64,000 bases of DNA from positions 39,202 through 103,201 of the forward strand of contig JBAYJA010000003.1 of assembly GCA_041665345.1 (NCBI GenBank). Reading direction: 5' to 3'. Shown here one piece after another: positions 9,611 to 18,609 of this stretch. A program made the position numbers and the translations under genes. This stretch comes from Patescibacteria group bacterium. GTDB lineage: Bacteria > Patescibacteriota > Patescibacteriia > PEXW01. Under the pieces are notes generated by a model. The model saw only the letters and a list, made by a program, of their open reading frames with translations. It had not been told where the DNA came from and searched no databases. The number at the start of each line of letters is the position of its first letter. Positions within the stretch are counted from its first letter, which is position 1.

Positions 9611-9687
9611 TTAATGCAGACTAGCATAATCCCAAGGCGGAGATTCGTCAATAATAATAAAAACCCCGCTTGTGCTAGGCGGGGTTT
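9611..9687 (-). repeat. Duplicated terminator + promoter module, type B copy 2
   Basis: AATGCAGACTAGC..CCCAAG..AGATTCGTCAA..AAAACCCCGCTTGTGCTAGGCGGGGTT; minus-strand TTGACG-17-TATGCT. Confidence 0.85.
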
Positions 9688-9698
9688 CAAAGTGCGGT

Positions 9699-10397
9699 TT
9701 ACTCGCTAATGCGCAGCGGCGCTCGGTTGTCGGAGTTTGCCGTAACCCCAGTTTCCATAACCGAGTCCTCCAGTAAGAACTCAACTTGAGTGGTAGTCCC
9801 GGCCTGCACAATGACGTTGGTAGCGTGCGCTGAGCAGTATCCCGTCAAACTCCCTCGTAGGGAGTATATTCCGGGCGGCACTCGACGGATTTGGTACACG
9901 CCGTCGGCATTGGCCTGGGCGCCCATAGGGGTGCCGTCAATTTCTGCAATAGCAAATGCAATAGCCCGATTTCTTTGGTAGTACAAGATACGACCACCAA
10001 TAACCCCAAAAATTGCAGTGCTGTCATTCCAGCTTTGTGGTCTGGACAACGGATCTTCCAGGGCAATGTCTACCCGAATTACCTTTGCCGTGACTTCGAA
10101 AGTATGGACAATGGTTGGCATGAAGCCATCCAGTTTCGCAGTGAGCTTGTGCATTCCTGGTGGAACGTGGTCAAGGACGTACCAGCCAGTGGAGTCGGTC
10201 TGGGTTTCCAGCGCCGTGCTGTCTACTCGGACAGTGACCTGGGCAAGAGGTGCTGCACCCCTGTCTTTGCGAACGACCTTTCCGGTGATTGTGCCATAGG
10301 TTTCTGCAGACGTGGTTTGGTAGCCAACCACCCAGGTCAGGACGAGCGTAAGTAGGACGGTAATCTTGTAGCTCACTGTTCGTTGTTTTATGAACAT
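9699..10397 (-). CDS. Secreted protein with two CarboxypepD_reg-like domains
   Basis: GGAGGA before ATG 10397; same leader; TDSTGWYVLDHVPPG and GTPMGAQANADGVYQIRRVPPGIYSL; promoter TTGACT-17-TAAGCT at ~10440-10468. Confidence 0.85.
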   Translation of the reverse strand: MFIKQRTVSYKITVLLTLVLTWVVGYQTTSAETYGTITGKVVRKDRGAAPLAQVTVRVDSTALETQTDSTGWYVLDHVPPGMHKLTAKLDGFMPTIVHTFEVTAKVIRVDIALEDPLSRPQSWNDSTAIFGVIGGRILYYQRNRAIAFAIAEIDGTPMGAQANADGVYQIRRVPPGIYSLRGSLTGYCSAHATNVIVQAGTTTQVEFLLEDSVMETGVTANSDNRAPLRISE

Positions 10398-10558
10398 TGT
10401 TTCCTCCGTGTGTGATGTTTTTCCGTTTTGATTCACCCCAGCTTAAACCTGGATACAGGGGAAGTCAATGAACGTCCAACCAGCCCCCCAGACCTCAGCC
10501 CTTGACGCATTGGCTGGGATCTTGTACTTTCAAAGACTTGGCTACGCCAGGTGCATTT

Positions 10559-11701
10559 ATGGAATCCACCCCCTTGCAGCAAACCATAGACCTTGTGAAA
10601 AAAGCCCAGCGCGTGCTGGTGTGCTTGCCGCGCGTGCTTTCTACCGATGCGGTAGCAGCCGGTGTGGCGCTCCACGCTGCCCTGAGCAAGCAAGGGAAGC
10701 AGGTTCGGGTTGTGGCTACGGATATCACCCTCCCGGCCACCCACGCCTTTCTGCCCAAGACCGGAGACATTTCCTCAGAGCTGAATAGCCTGCGGAAGTT
10801 TGTGATTACGGTGGATACTGCCAAGGCGCCGGTGGCAGAATTGAGCTACGACGTGGTGGGTGATAAGCTCAACATTTTTTTGACTCCCAAGCACGGCGCG
10901 TATGAATCAAAGGATGTGCAGCTGGCGCCCATGCCACCCAGCTACGATTGCGTCATTACTCTGGACTGCCAAGACTACGATGATCTGGGCCGGCTGTTTG
11001 AAGAGAACGCAGACTTCTTCTACGCCACGCCGGTCATCAACATTGACCACAGCCCAGCCAATCAGCACTTTGGTCAGGTGAACCTGGTGGACCTGGTGGC
11101 GACCTCCGTGTGCGAAATGATGTATGACATTTTGAAAACTCTGGACGAGCGCCTGATTACCGAGGATGTGGCAACCGCACTGCTCGCTGGTATCATTGCC
11201 AAGACCAAGAGCTTCCAAACTGCCACGGTTACGCCCAAGGCGTTGACCGTCGCATCTGCGCTGATGGCCGTGGGCGCGCGGCGGGATGAAATTATTCGCA
11301 ACCTGTTCCAGACCAAGTCGCTGGCCGTCATGAAACTCTGGGGCCGCGCCTTGGCCCGTCTCCGCGTGTCCGACGATGGCCGGCTGGTGTGGGCCGTGCT
11401 GAACCGCGCGGACTTTGAACGCGCAGGCGCCAATCCCGACTCTCTCCCCGGCATTTTGGATGAGCTGATGGTGAATACCCCTGATGCGAGCATTATGGCC
11501 GTGGTGTACGAAGACCCGGCCGGTGGCGTCACCGTGCTGGTGCAAACCCACCGGACTATTCATGCGGGCAAACTCTTTGCCCAGCAGCAGCCCACGTCCA
11601 TGGGGCATGTGGTGTCCTGGCATGTGGACGGCACCATTGCCGATGCCGAGACGAAGCTGATGCTGGCTCTGGAGTCGTTGCCAAAAGTGAGCGCCAGCTA
11701 A
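10559..11701 (+). CDS. DHH-family phosphoesterase (NrnA-like)
   Basis: DAVAAG, VITLDC, INIDHS, ATSVCE, ATALLAGIIAKTKSF; several catalytic motifs are divergent. Confidence 0.85.
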   Translation: MESTPLQQTIDLVKKAQRVLVCLPRVLSTDAVAAGVALHAALSKQGKQVRVVATDITLPATHAFLPKTGDISSELNSLRKFVITVDTAKAPVAELSYDVVGDKLNIFLTPKHGAYESKDVQLAPMPPSYDCVITLDCQDYDDLGRLFEENADFFYATPVINIDHSPANQHFGQVNLVDLVATSVCEMMYDILKTLDERLITEDVATALLAGIIAKTKSFQTATVTPKALTVASALMAVGARRDEIIRNLFQTKSLAVMKLWGRALARLRVSDDGRLVWAVLNRADFERAGANPDSLPGILDELMVNTPDASIMAVVYEDPAGGVTVLVQTHRTIHAGKLFAQQQPTSMGHVVSWHVDGTIADAETKLMLALESLPKVSAS

Positions 11702-11931
11702 CTCTGAGAATTGTTGATTTGATAGTAGAACATAGGTTTTCACAATGTGGGCTTTATGCGGAGCTGTTGATTTTACGAGAAAGTTTTTTGGATCGTAGGC
11801 CGTACGTATTAACAAAATCCTAATGTAATGATACGCTACTTTGTTAGTTGTACATTCACAAACCTGATGCATTGACGCATCCATACTGGATGCTTAGCAA
11901 TGTTATCGCAAAACCTAAAGGAGATAACACC

Positions 11932-12375
11932 ATGAAAAATCCCGTGACCACATCCACCATTGAGGAGGTCGACTACGACGACCCTCAATGGAAGAAGATT
12001 AATGAAAGTCGCTACGCCTACGTTGGCGATGTGACTATCAAGGACTATCACGAGACCCAAATCGGCAAGAAGTCAGTTGTTTTCCGTGAACTTAGGTTCG
12101 ATCATAAGTTCACAGACCACGAGGTATTGGCGAAGGTGGCCAAATTGAAGTGCCGTCTGCCCTCTAGAGCCGAGGCGGAGACGTACATCCGTCGGCGCTA
12201 TACGCCCGAACAGTTGGCGAAGAACCCCCGTATCGCCCTTGTTGGTCCTGCGGTGAAGCTTCACGGCCTCTTGGGTCGGGCCTTCGTCCGTGCTGACGAG
12301 GATGGCGTGCAGTTGTCTAGGCGCTGGCCTGACGATCCTTGGCTTCAGCGGTGCCGCGTCGTCGTCCGCAAGTAG
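11932..12375 (+). CDS. Putative DGR target protein (CLec-like fold, C-terminal variable-region signature)
   Basis: AAGGAG before ATG 11932; CRLPSRAEAE motif; C-terminus ..W-PDDP-W-LQRCRVVVRK; A-poor, NNY-rich final 37 codons; hairpin follows the stop. Confidence 0.7.
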   Translation: MKNPVTTSTIEEVDYDDPQWKKINESRYAYVGDVTIKDYHETQIGKKSVVFRELRFDHKFTDHEVLAKVAKLKCRLPSRAEAETYIRRRYTPEQLAKNPRIALVGPAVKLHGLLGRAFVRADEDGVQLSRRWPDDPWLQRCRVVVRK

Positions 12376-12380
12376 TCCTC

Positions 12381-12411
12381 ATACCTTCGGTCATTTTTTG
12401 ATCGGAGGTAT
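12381..12411 (+). terminator. Hairpin after the putative VR (terminator and/or DGR cis stem-loop)
   Basis: ATACCTTCGGTCA-TTTTT-TGATCGGAGGTAT followed by ATTTTT. Confidence 0.7.
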
Positions 12412-12481
12412 ATTTTTACCCACGTGTAGGTGTTGGGCGAAGTAGTAGCCGATCTCTCATGCGCCCTGCTATACTAGGCTC

Positions 12482-14164
12482 ATGGACGAAGACCATGGGC
12501 ACATTCAGGTTGCATCCGAAGAAGCGCAGGAGAAATTCCGTGACAAGCTGACGGAAATTCAACTGAAGGAGAAAGAGCAGCTGGCAGCCAAAAGCGCGCA
12601 GAGCCTGGGCTTGGGGTACATTAACCTCAAGGGTTTTCCCATTGGCCCAGAGGTGCTCATTCTGATTCCCGAAACCGTTGCCCGAGATTTACGGGTGATT
12701 ATTTTCTTTGCCCAGCGGGGCGAAATTCGGGTTGGCTGTGTGGACCCCATGAACGAGCACGTGCTGGCGTTGTTGGAAGCCTTGCAGAGTGAGCGTCACT
12801 CCAATGTGATTCCCTACGTCATCTCGCAGCACAGTTTTGACATGGCGATTCAGCTGTACGCGGCGGTGCCAAAAATTCGGCAGTTTGTGAGTGGCGTACA
12901 GGTGAGCGCGCAAGATATTGCAACTTTTGAAAAAGAGCTGACCACCATTCAGGACGTGGACGCAAAGCTGAAACAGGTGAATCTGACGCAGGTCATTACC
13001 CTGCTCATTGCCGGGGCAATTATTAGCCGCGCGTCAGATATTCACATTGAAGCGGAGGAGAAGGATGTGAAAATTCGTTATCGCATTGACGGCGTGCTGC
13101 ACGACATTGCGCACCTGCCCGTTGCAGACTGGAAGAAAGTCATTTCCCGCATCAAACTCCTCAGTCACCTGAAGCTCAACATTACGGTCAAACCCCAAGA
13201 CGGTCGCTTTACCATTGCCCTGGAGAAGGAGACGATTGACGTGCGTGTTTCCACCCTCCCAACCGCGTATGGCGAAAGCGTCGTGATGCGCTTACTGCGC
13301 TCTTCGTCCGTGGGGTTGAAGTTGGCTGACCTGGGTATGCGGGAAAACACCCTGAAGATTGTGGAAAAGCAAATTCAGCGGCCAACCGGGATGCTCCTCA
13401 CCACCGGTCCCACCGGGTCTGGGAAAACCACGGCGCTGTACGCGTTCCTCACGTTGCTCAACACGCCGGAGAGCAACATCATTACCATGGAGAACCCAAT
13501 TGAATATCACTTGGCTGGGATTAACCAGAGCCAGGTGGATGAAGAGCAGGGGTATACCTTTGCGAAAGGCTTGAAGTCCATTCTCCGCCAAGACCCAGAC
13601 GTGGTCATGGTGGGTGAAATCCGGGACGGCGAAACTGCGGACATTGCGGTGAATGCGGCGCTCACTGGTCACTTGGTGCTCAGCACCTTGCACACCAACG
13701 ATGCGGCCGGGGCAATCCCCCGCCTGCTGGCCTTGGGGGTCAAGCCATTTTTACTCGCCCCAGCACTCAATGCGGTCATGGCGCAGCGTTTGGTTCGCCG
13801 GCTGTGCCAAACCTGCCGAAAGGAAATGACCTTGGACGCTGAGACCTTGCAACGGGTGAAAGAGCTGCTCCAAACCATTCCGCCCGCCAGTGGGGAGAAG
13901 GTGGATTTGGAAAATCTCCATTTCTTCCAAGCTGTGGGGTGTGAGACATGCCACGGTATTGGGTACAAGGGGCAGATTGGGATTTACGAAATCATCACCA
14001 TGAATGCAGACGTGGAAAAGGTCATTCTGGCCAGCCAAGTATCTGAATATGAAATGCGGGAAATTGGCCGAAAGCACGGCATGGTCACCATGGTGCAGGA
14101 TGGGCTGCTGAAAGCCGTGGAAGGCATAACCACGGTGGATGAAGTATTCAAAGTTACTGAATAA
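12482..14164 (+). CDS. pilB: Type IV pilus assembly / GspE-family ATPase
   Basis: ASDIHIE, PQDGRF, TGPTGSGKTT, LRQDPDVVMVGEIRD, TGHLVLSTLHTN, two CxxC zinc motifs. Confidence 0.92.
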   Translation: MDEDHGHIQVASEEAQEKFRDKLTEIQLKEKEQLAAKSAQSLGLGYINLKGFPIGPEVLILIPETVARDLRVIIFFAQRGEIRVGCVDPMNEHVLALLEALQSERHSNVIPYVISQHSFDMAIQLYAAVPKIRQFVSGVQVSAQDIATFEKELTTIQDVDAKLKQVNLTQVITLLIAGAIISRASDIHIEAEEKDVKIRYRIDGVLHDIAHLPVADWKKVISRIKLLSHLKLNITVKPQDGRFTIALEKETIDVRVSTLPTAYGESVVMRLLRSSSVGLKLADLGMRENTLKIVEKQIQRPTGMLLTTGPTGSGKTTALYAFLTLLNTPESNIITMENPIEYHLAGINQSQVDEEQGYTFAKGLKSILRQDPDVVMVGEIRDGETADIAVNAALTGHLVLSTLHTNDAAGAIPRLLALGVKPFLLAPALNAVMAQRLVRRLCQTCRKEMTLDAETLQRVKELLQTIPPASGEKVDLENLHFFQAVGCETCHGIGYKGQIGIYEIITMNADVEKVILASQVSEYEMREIGRKHGMVTMVQDGLLKAVEGITTVDEVFKVTE

Positions 14165-14173
14165 GAAAATTCT

Positions 14174-14587
14174 ATGCGAAGAAGTCCTGAAAGAGGTCAC
14201 CCTCAAGAGCTGGAGCAAACCCCAGTTCAAAAATACTGGGCTCAATACAATTTTTCCGGCATGGCGCCGCCTCCCGGCTCACCGGTTGAAGAGCGGTTGC
14301 TGAATATTTGCCAGCAGTATGTGAAGATTTGCCTTGAAACGACGGATTCTGGAAGAGTAACCCCTAGTCCGAATGTGCAAAAAGAAGCACTTCAGCATTA
14401 CACAAAATTAGAATCAGAAAGACGTATGCTGCACAATCAAATAGCAATTATGACTCTCGGGAGTATTCGAAGTAAGCTCCCCGAGCATGAAGCGAAACGT
14501 ATCGCAGATTTTGCAGCACAGGTAACGAATAATGGTTTGCGGATGAATGATTTAGAAGAGCTGCAAAAATCTGAACCAGAAGAGTAA
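14174..14587 (+). CDS. Hypothetical protein
   Basis: 137-aa ORF 9 nt after pilB, followed by a bidirectional terminator. Confidence 0.6.
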   Translation: MRRSPERGHPQELEQTPVQKYWAQYNFSGMAPPPGSPVEERLLNICQQYVKICLETTDSGRVTPSPNVQKEALQHYTKLESERRMLHNQIAIMTLGSIRSKLPEHEAKRIADFAAQVTNNGLRMNDLEELQKSEPEE

Positions 14588-14607
14588 AGTCTCAGCTAGA
14601 TTTGTGT

Positions 14608-14642
14608 GAAAAAATAGCCAACGCGCATGTGTTGGCTATTTA
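14608..14642. terminator. Bidirectional intrinsic terminator
   Basis: AAAAAATAGCCAAC..GTTGGCTATTT between convergent ORFs. Confidence 0.75.
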
Positions 14643-14905
14643 TGAAAATGAATGGGGGTGGCAGTTGAATGTAGGAAGCTACGTCCTTTATAGGTCACAC
14701 AGTGTGACCAACTGGTATCACCCTCATCTTGGTTGAGATACTCCGCTTTTCCTCCTGCTTGAAGCAAAAGGTGCAATTCTTCAAGGGTAGCGGGGTAGAA
14801 AGTTCTTTCTCCAAGATCCCTTGTGTATCCGTGGAGTATTTTCCGCGCCCGGGGTCTGTAGAAAAGACTTCGAAGGGCTCGGTAAGAACAAAGAATAAAG
14901 TGCAA
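14636..14905 (-). CDS. Hypothetical protein
   Basis: GGAGG upstream of the TTG start; own promoter TTGACA-17-TATTCT at ~14939-14967. Confidence 0.6.
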   Translation of the reverse strand: MHFILCSYRALRSLFYRPRARKILHGYTRDLGERTFYPATLEELHLLLQAGGKAEYLNQDEGDTSWSHCVTYKGRSFLHSTATPIHFHK

Positions 14906-14978
14906 TGAACCTCCTTGGAAGAAAACCTAAGCTGCGGAAGAATAGCAGGTAATCCTCCTTCTGTCAAGGGTAATGATA

Positions 14979-17528
14979 TTATGCGCCCTGGATATGCTGC
15001 AATTTTTCCTTTGCCGCGGCCAGCTTCTGCTTCTCCCCTGCGACAACCGCAGCTGGAGCGTGGGCGGTGAACGCGGCGTTGCTTAGCTTCTTTTCCAAAG
15101 CCGAAATGTACTGCTGGAGCTGAGCAACCTCTTTGTCTACCGATGCTTTGGTTGCTTGCGGGAGTTCCAACCAGAAGCTCAATCCCCCAGTATGGCCATG
15201 GGCTTTCTGGCTGAGCTTTTTCACCACGTTGACCTGCGTCCGTGTCAGACGTTCAATAATTGCTTGCGCCTGACGAACCACCGCCAGGCTTTCGCCAGCC
15301 AATTGCAACGGGAGCGTTGTTGCCGGCGCGATTTTGTGATTGGCGCGGACATTCCGGATTTCCGTGACCAGAGTTCGGATTGTTTCAAACTGCTTTGCCG
15401 CGGCAGCAGAACTCGCTTTGGCCTTGGGCCAAGGTTGGATCATGAGTAAATCTTTGTCAGCTTTTCCATGCCGGCGTTCCCACAGCGCTTCCGTAATGAA
15501 AGGCGTGAGCGGGTGCAGAAGGGTGAGTAGCGTCTCAAAAGTGTGTACGAGCACCGCAGTGTTGGGCTGGACCTTTTGGATTTCCACGTACCAGTCAGCC
15601 AGGTCATGCCAGGCAAAGTCGTACAGGGCTTGGCCGGCTTCGGAAAAGCGGAAGGCGTGGAAGTCTTTGGTCACGTTGGCTACCAAAGCGTTCAGCCGTT
15701 GGGTTATCCACTTGTCTGCTAATGACAGCGTTTTGGGGGTGTCGAGCTTTGCCGCCTCTTGGCGCTGAACAAAGTTCCCAATGTTCCAGAGCTTGTTGAT
15801 GAAGTTCCGGTAGCCGGCAATTTTCTCTTCGGACAGGCGGAAGTCTTGGCCAGCCGTGGTGCCCAGAGTCAGTGCCAAGCGGACGGCATCTGTACCGTAC
15901 TTCTCGCCCATGAGCAAGGGGTCAATGCCCGTGCCTTTGGACTTGGACATTTTTTTGCCGTCCTTATCCAGCACCAAGCCGTGGAGGTACACGGTTTTGA
16001 ATGGGATTTGCTTGGTGAACTTCAGGGAGAGCATGATCATGCGTGCGACCCAGAAGAAGAGAATGTCCCAGCTGGTTTCCATCACCGACGTGGGGTGGAA
16101 GTGCTTCAGGTCAGGAGTCTTCGTCGGCCAGCCCAGGGTAGAGAACGTCCACAAGCCCGAGGAGAACCAGGTGTCCAAGGTGTCTTGGTCTTGCACGAAG
16201 TGCATGCCTTTGCACTTGGGGCAGTGTTCTGGCATGGTCGTGGCGGCAATGGGCGGACAGGTGTTGGGTTGCCCTTGTTCGGTTCGGCAGTACCAGACGG
16301 GAATTTGGTGGCCCCACCATAGCTGGCGGGAAATGCACCAGTCCCGGATGTTGGTCATCCAGTGGAAGTACACTTTTTCAAAACGCTTGGGGAGAATGGT
16401 AATTTTTCCGTTGCGCACCGCGGCAATGGCGGGCTTGGCCAGAGATTGCATTTTCAAAAACCACTGCTTGGACACCAAAGGTTGGACCACCGAACCGCAC
16501 CGGTCGCAGTGCGGCACATTGGAAGTGTATGGCTCCACTTTCTGCAGCAAGCCTTTGGCCTGCAGGTCAGCCACAATCCGGTCTCGCGCTTCGGAAATGA
16601 GCAGCAGCGCATAGTGTCCCGCGTGGGTGGTCATGCGGTTATCCTCGCCAATCACCTGGACAATGGGCAGCTTGTGCCGCTCCCCCATTTCCCAGTCTGC
16701 GGGGTCGTGCGCTGGGGTGACTTTCACCACGCCCGTGCCAAATTTTGGGTCAACAAGCTTGTCGCCAATGACCGGCAAGGTTTTGTCACCTGACTCCGTG
16801 GTGAACGTCACGTGCTTGCCAATATATTTTTTGTAGCGCTTGTCGCTGGGGTTCACGGCCAAGGCGGTATCTCCCACTTTGGTCTCCGGCCGGGTGGTGG
16901 CTACGGTGAAGGGACCGTAGGTGATGTAGTAGAGGTGTCCTGCTTCCTGCACGTGCTTCACTTCCAAATCCGAGAGCGCGGTTTGGCACCGGCTACACCA
17001 GTTGATGAGCCGCTCACCGCGGTAGATAAGCTTCTCGTTGAAGAGTTGGATGAACGCTTTTTGTACGGCCTGGGTGAGCGCCGGATCCATGGTGAAGTGC
17101 TCGCGGGACCAGTCGCACGACGCGCCAATCTTCCGGGTTTGGTCCGTTATGCGCGTGCCGTACTTCTGCTTCCACCGCCACACGTGCTTCAGGAATTTTT
17201 CCCGACCAATTTCGTGCCGGCTGATGCCCTCTTTCTGCAGCAGGCGTTCCACCATAATCTGCGTGGAAATGCCGGCGTGGTCGGTGCCTGGCAACCAGAG
17301 TGCGCGTTCGCCGAGCATGCGGTGGAAGCGCGTCAGGGCGTCTTGGATGGTGAAGCCCTCAGCATGTCCCAGGTGCAATTCACCAGTCACATTGGACGGC
17401 GGCATGGCAATGGAAAAAGATTTGGTACGCTTCCCAAGCAAATTGTCGGGATTGAAATACCCAGACGCTTCCCAGCGCTTGTAGATAAGCTCTTCCACGC
17501 CCAGCGGATTGTACGCTTCGTTGGCCAT
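14979..17528 (-). CDS. valS: Valine--tRNA ligase
   Basis: PPSNVTGELHLGHA (HIGH), PGTDHAGI, DWCISRQLWWGH, KMSKS, C-terminal coiled coil. Confidence 0.99.
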   Translation of the reverse strand: MANEAYNPLGVEELIYKRWEASGYFNPDNLLGKRTKSFSIAMPPSNVTGELHLGHAEGFTIQDALTRFHRMLGERALWLPGTDHAGISTQIMVERLLQKEGISRHEIGREKFLKHVWRWKQKYGTRITDQTRKIGASCDWSREHFTMDPALTQAVQKAFIQLFNEKLIYRGERLINWCSRCQTALSDLEVKHVQEAGHLYYITYGPFTVATTRPETKVGDTALAVNPSDKRYKKYIGKHVTFTTESGDKTLPVIGDKLVDPKFGTGVVKVTPAHDPADWEMGERHKLPIVQVIGEDNRMTTHAGHYALLLISEARDRIVADLQAKGLLQKVEPYTSNVPHCDRCGSVVQPLVSKQWFLKMQSLAKPAIAAVRNGKITILPKRFEKVYFHWMTNIRDWCISRQLWWGHQIPVWYCRTEQGQPNTCPPIAATTMPEHCPKCKGMHFVQDQDTLDTWFSSGLWTFSTLGWPTKTPDLKHFHPTSVMETSWDILFFWVARMIMLSLKFTKQIPFKTVYLHGLVLDKDGKKMSKSKGTGIDPLLMGEKYGTDAVRLALTLGTTAGQDFRLSEEKIAGYRNFINKLWNIGNFVQRQEAAKLDTPKTLSLADKWITQRLNALVANVTKDFHAFRFSEAGQALYDFAWHDLADWYVEIQKVQPNTAVLVHTFETLLTLLHPLTPFITEALWERRHGKADKDLLMIQPWPKAKASSAAAAKQFETIRTLVTEIRNVRANHKIAPATTLPLQLAGESLAVVRQAQAIIERLTRTQVNVVKKLSQKAHGHTGGLSFWLELPQATKASVDKEVAQLQQYISALEKKLSNAAFTAHAPAAVVAGEKQKLAAAKEKLQHIQGA

Positions 17529-17659
17529 ATGTAGGTATTGTACCAGGAAAGCCAAGCCTACGCTGGATACGCGGGTTTTTCAAGGGTTGTTGACTACTCC
17601 AGGTGTGCGCGATAGGGTTAGAAAAACAAGACATTGCTCACTGATAGAAAGGAGCCAGC

Positions 17660-18040
17660 TTGAAGAAAATACTTTCCGCTTGTGCCAGGCACCCCATTCG
17701 ATTCTGGGTTAGCGTCGTTCTGGGCACGATCTTCATCTTTTGGTTTGTGGCTTCCAGGTTTGTACTAAGCCTATCCAATACCTTTGGAATCATTTTCCTC
17801 CTTGGCATACTCATTGGGTCGCTTGCGGCACGGCCTGATATATTCACGAAGTGCATGCAACGTTGGAAGTCGGTACTACAAGACGAAAGTGAAGATGCTA
17901 TGGTTCTGCGTTACCGTTGTACTTCCTGTGAGGCGATCTATACCGAAAAGACCCTCCCGAAGGATAAAGTCTGCTCTAAGGACTATGGTCGGCTCGTTAC
18001 TTACGATGCTATCGAAGACCGGCACCGGTCTCCCCTGTAG
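17660..18040 (+). CDS. Hypothetical 2-TM protein with C-terminal Cys-containing (zinc-ribbon-like) tail
   Basis: AAGGAG then TTG; two hydrophobic helices; YRCTSC..VC; own promoter TTGACT-17-TAGGGT and terminator ACCCCACG..CGTGGGGTTTTT. Confidence 0.7.
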   Translation: MKKILSACARHPIRFWVSVVLGTIFIFWFVASRFVLSLSNTFGIIFLLGILIGSLAARPDIFTKCMQRWKSVLQDESEDAMVLRYRCTSCEAIYTEKTLPKDKVCSKDYGRLVTYDAIEDRHRSPL

Positions 18041-18133
18041 ACAATTACCCCACGCTCCTCGTGGGGTTTTTCTTGTTGACGAAAATCGCTGCAGAGATTA
18101 GGGTACGTGCAGAAACACACAGGAAAGGGAATT

Positions 18134-18496
18134 ATGAAAGCTCATTTTTTTCGCATACTTTGGTACGTGCTCATACTCATCGTGGCGCTGACGAATATTA
18201 CTATGCTTGGGTTTCTTACAGGCGCCATGGTGTTTATCATCACACCCAAGCCGGCTGATATTTTGCTCTGGAGCAGCATCGTTGTCGGGGTAGTTGCTGG
18301 GGTACTTTTGACGGTGCAGGAGGTACGTTATCTACGAAGACGTCGTCAACGCAAAACTATTATCCAACCCACAACGAACGTGATGTACCATTGCCCGCTC
18401 CCAGCGTGTCAGTACGAAACCGAAAAAGACGGAGTGTGCCCAGAATACTATACGCTCCTCAAAGCCCGGACGCGTGAAAATCGGCCAACGCCGTAA
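18134..18496 (+). CDS. Hypothetical 2-TM protein with C-terminal heavy-metal-binding-like tail
   Basis: YHCPLPACQYETEKDGVCP; own promoter TTGACG-17-TAGGGT and terminator AAACGCCTG..CAGGCGTTTTT. Confidence 0.7.
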   Translation: MKAHFFRILWYVLILIVALTNITMLGFLTGAMVFIITPKPADILLWSSIVVGVVAGVLLTVQEVRYLRRRRQRKTIIQPTTNVMYHCPLPACQYETEKDGVCPEYYTLLKARTRENRPTP

Positions 18497-18609
18497 ACGC
18501 CTGCTCATCTGAGTCAGGCGTTTTTCTATCGTCCCAACTCCCGCATTTCGTCGATTGTTAAACTCCTTTAAATATGTAATAGTTTATACACATTTACTGC
18601 AATGTTTGT

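Noticed and set aside
5800-10470. Integron cassette array or CRISPR array
   Set aside because: No tyrosine integrase. The repeats are GC hairpins with A/T tails plus promoters, with no evident attC R/L box layout. Spacing is gene-sized rather than 30-40 nt, and there are no cas genes.
10907-11884. Long antisense or alternate-frame ORFs (also 16812-17534, 21290-22012, 39447-40373, 60402-61265)
   Set aside because: They shadow well-supported genes in GC-rich coding DNA and show no motifs or initiation signals.
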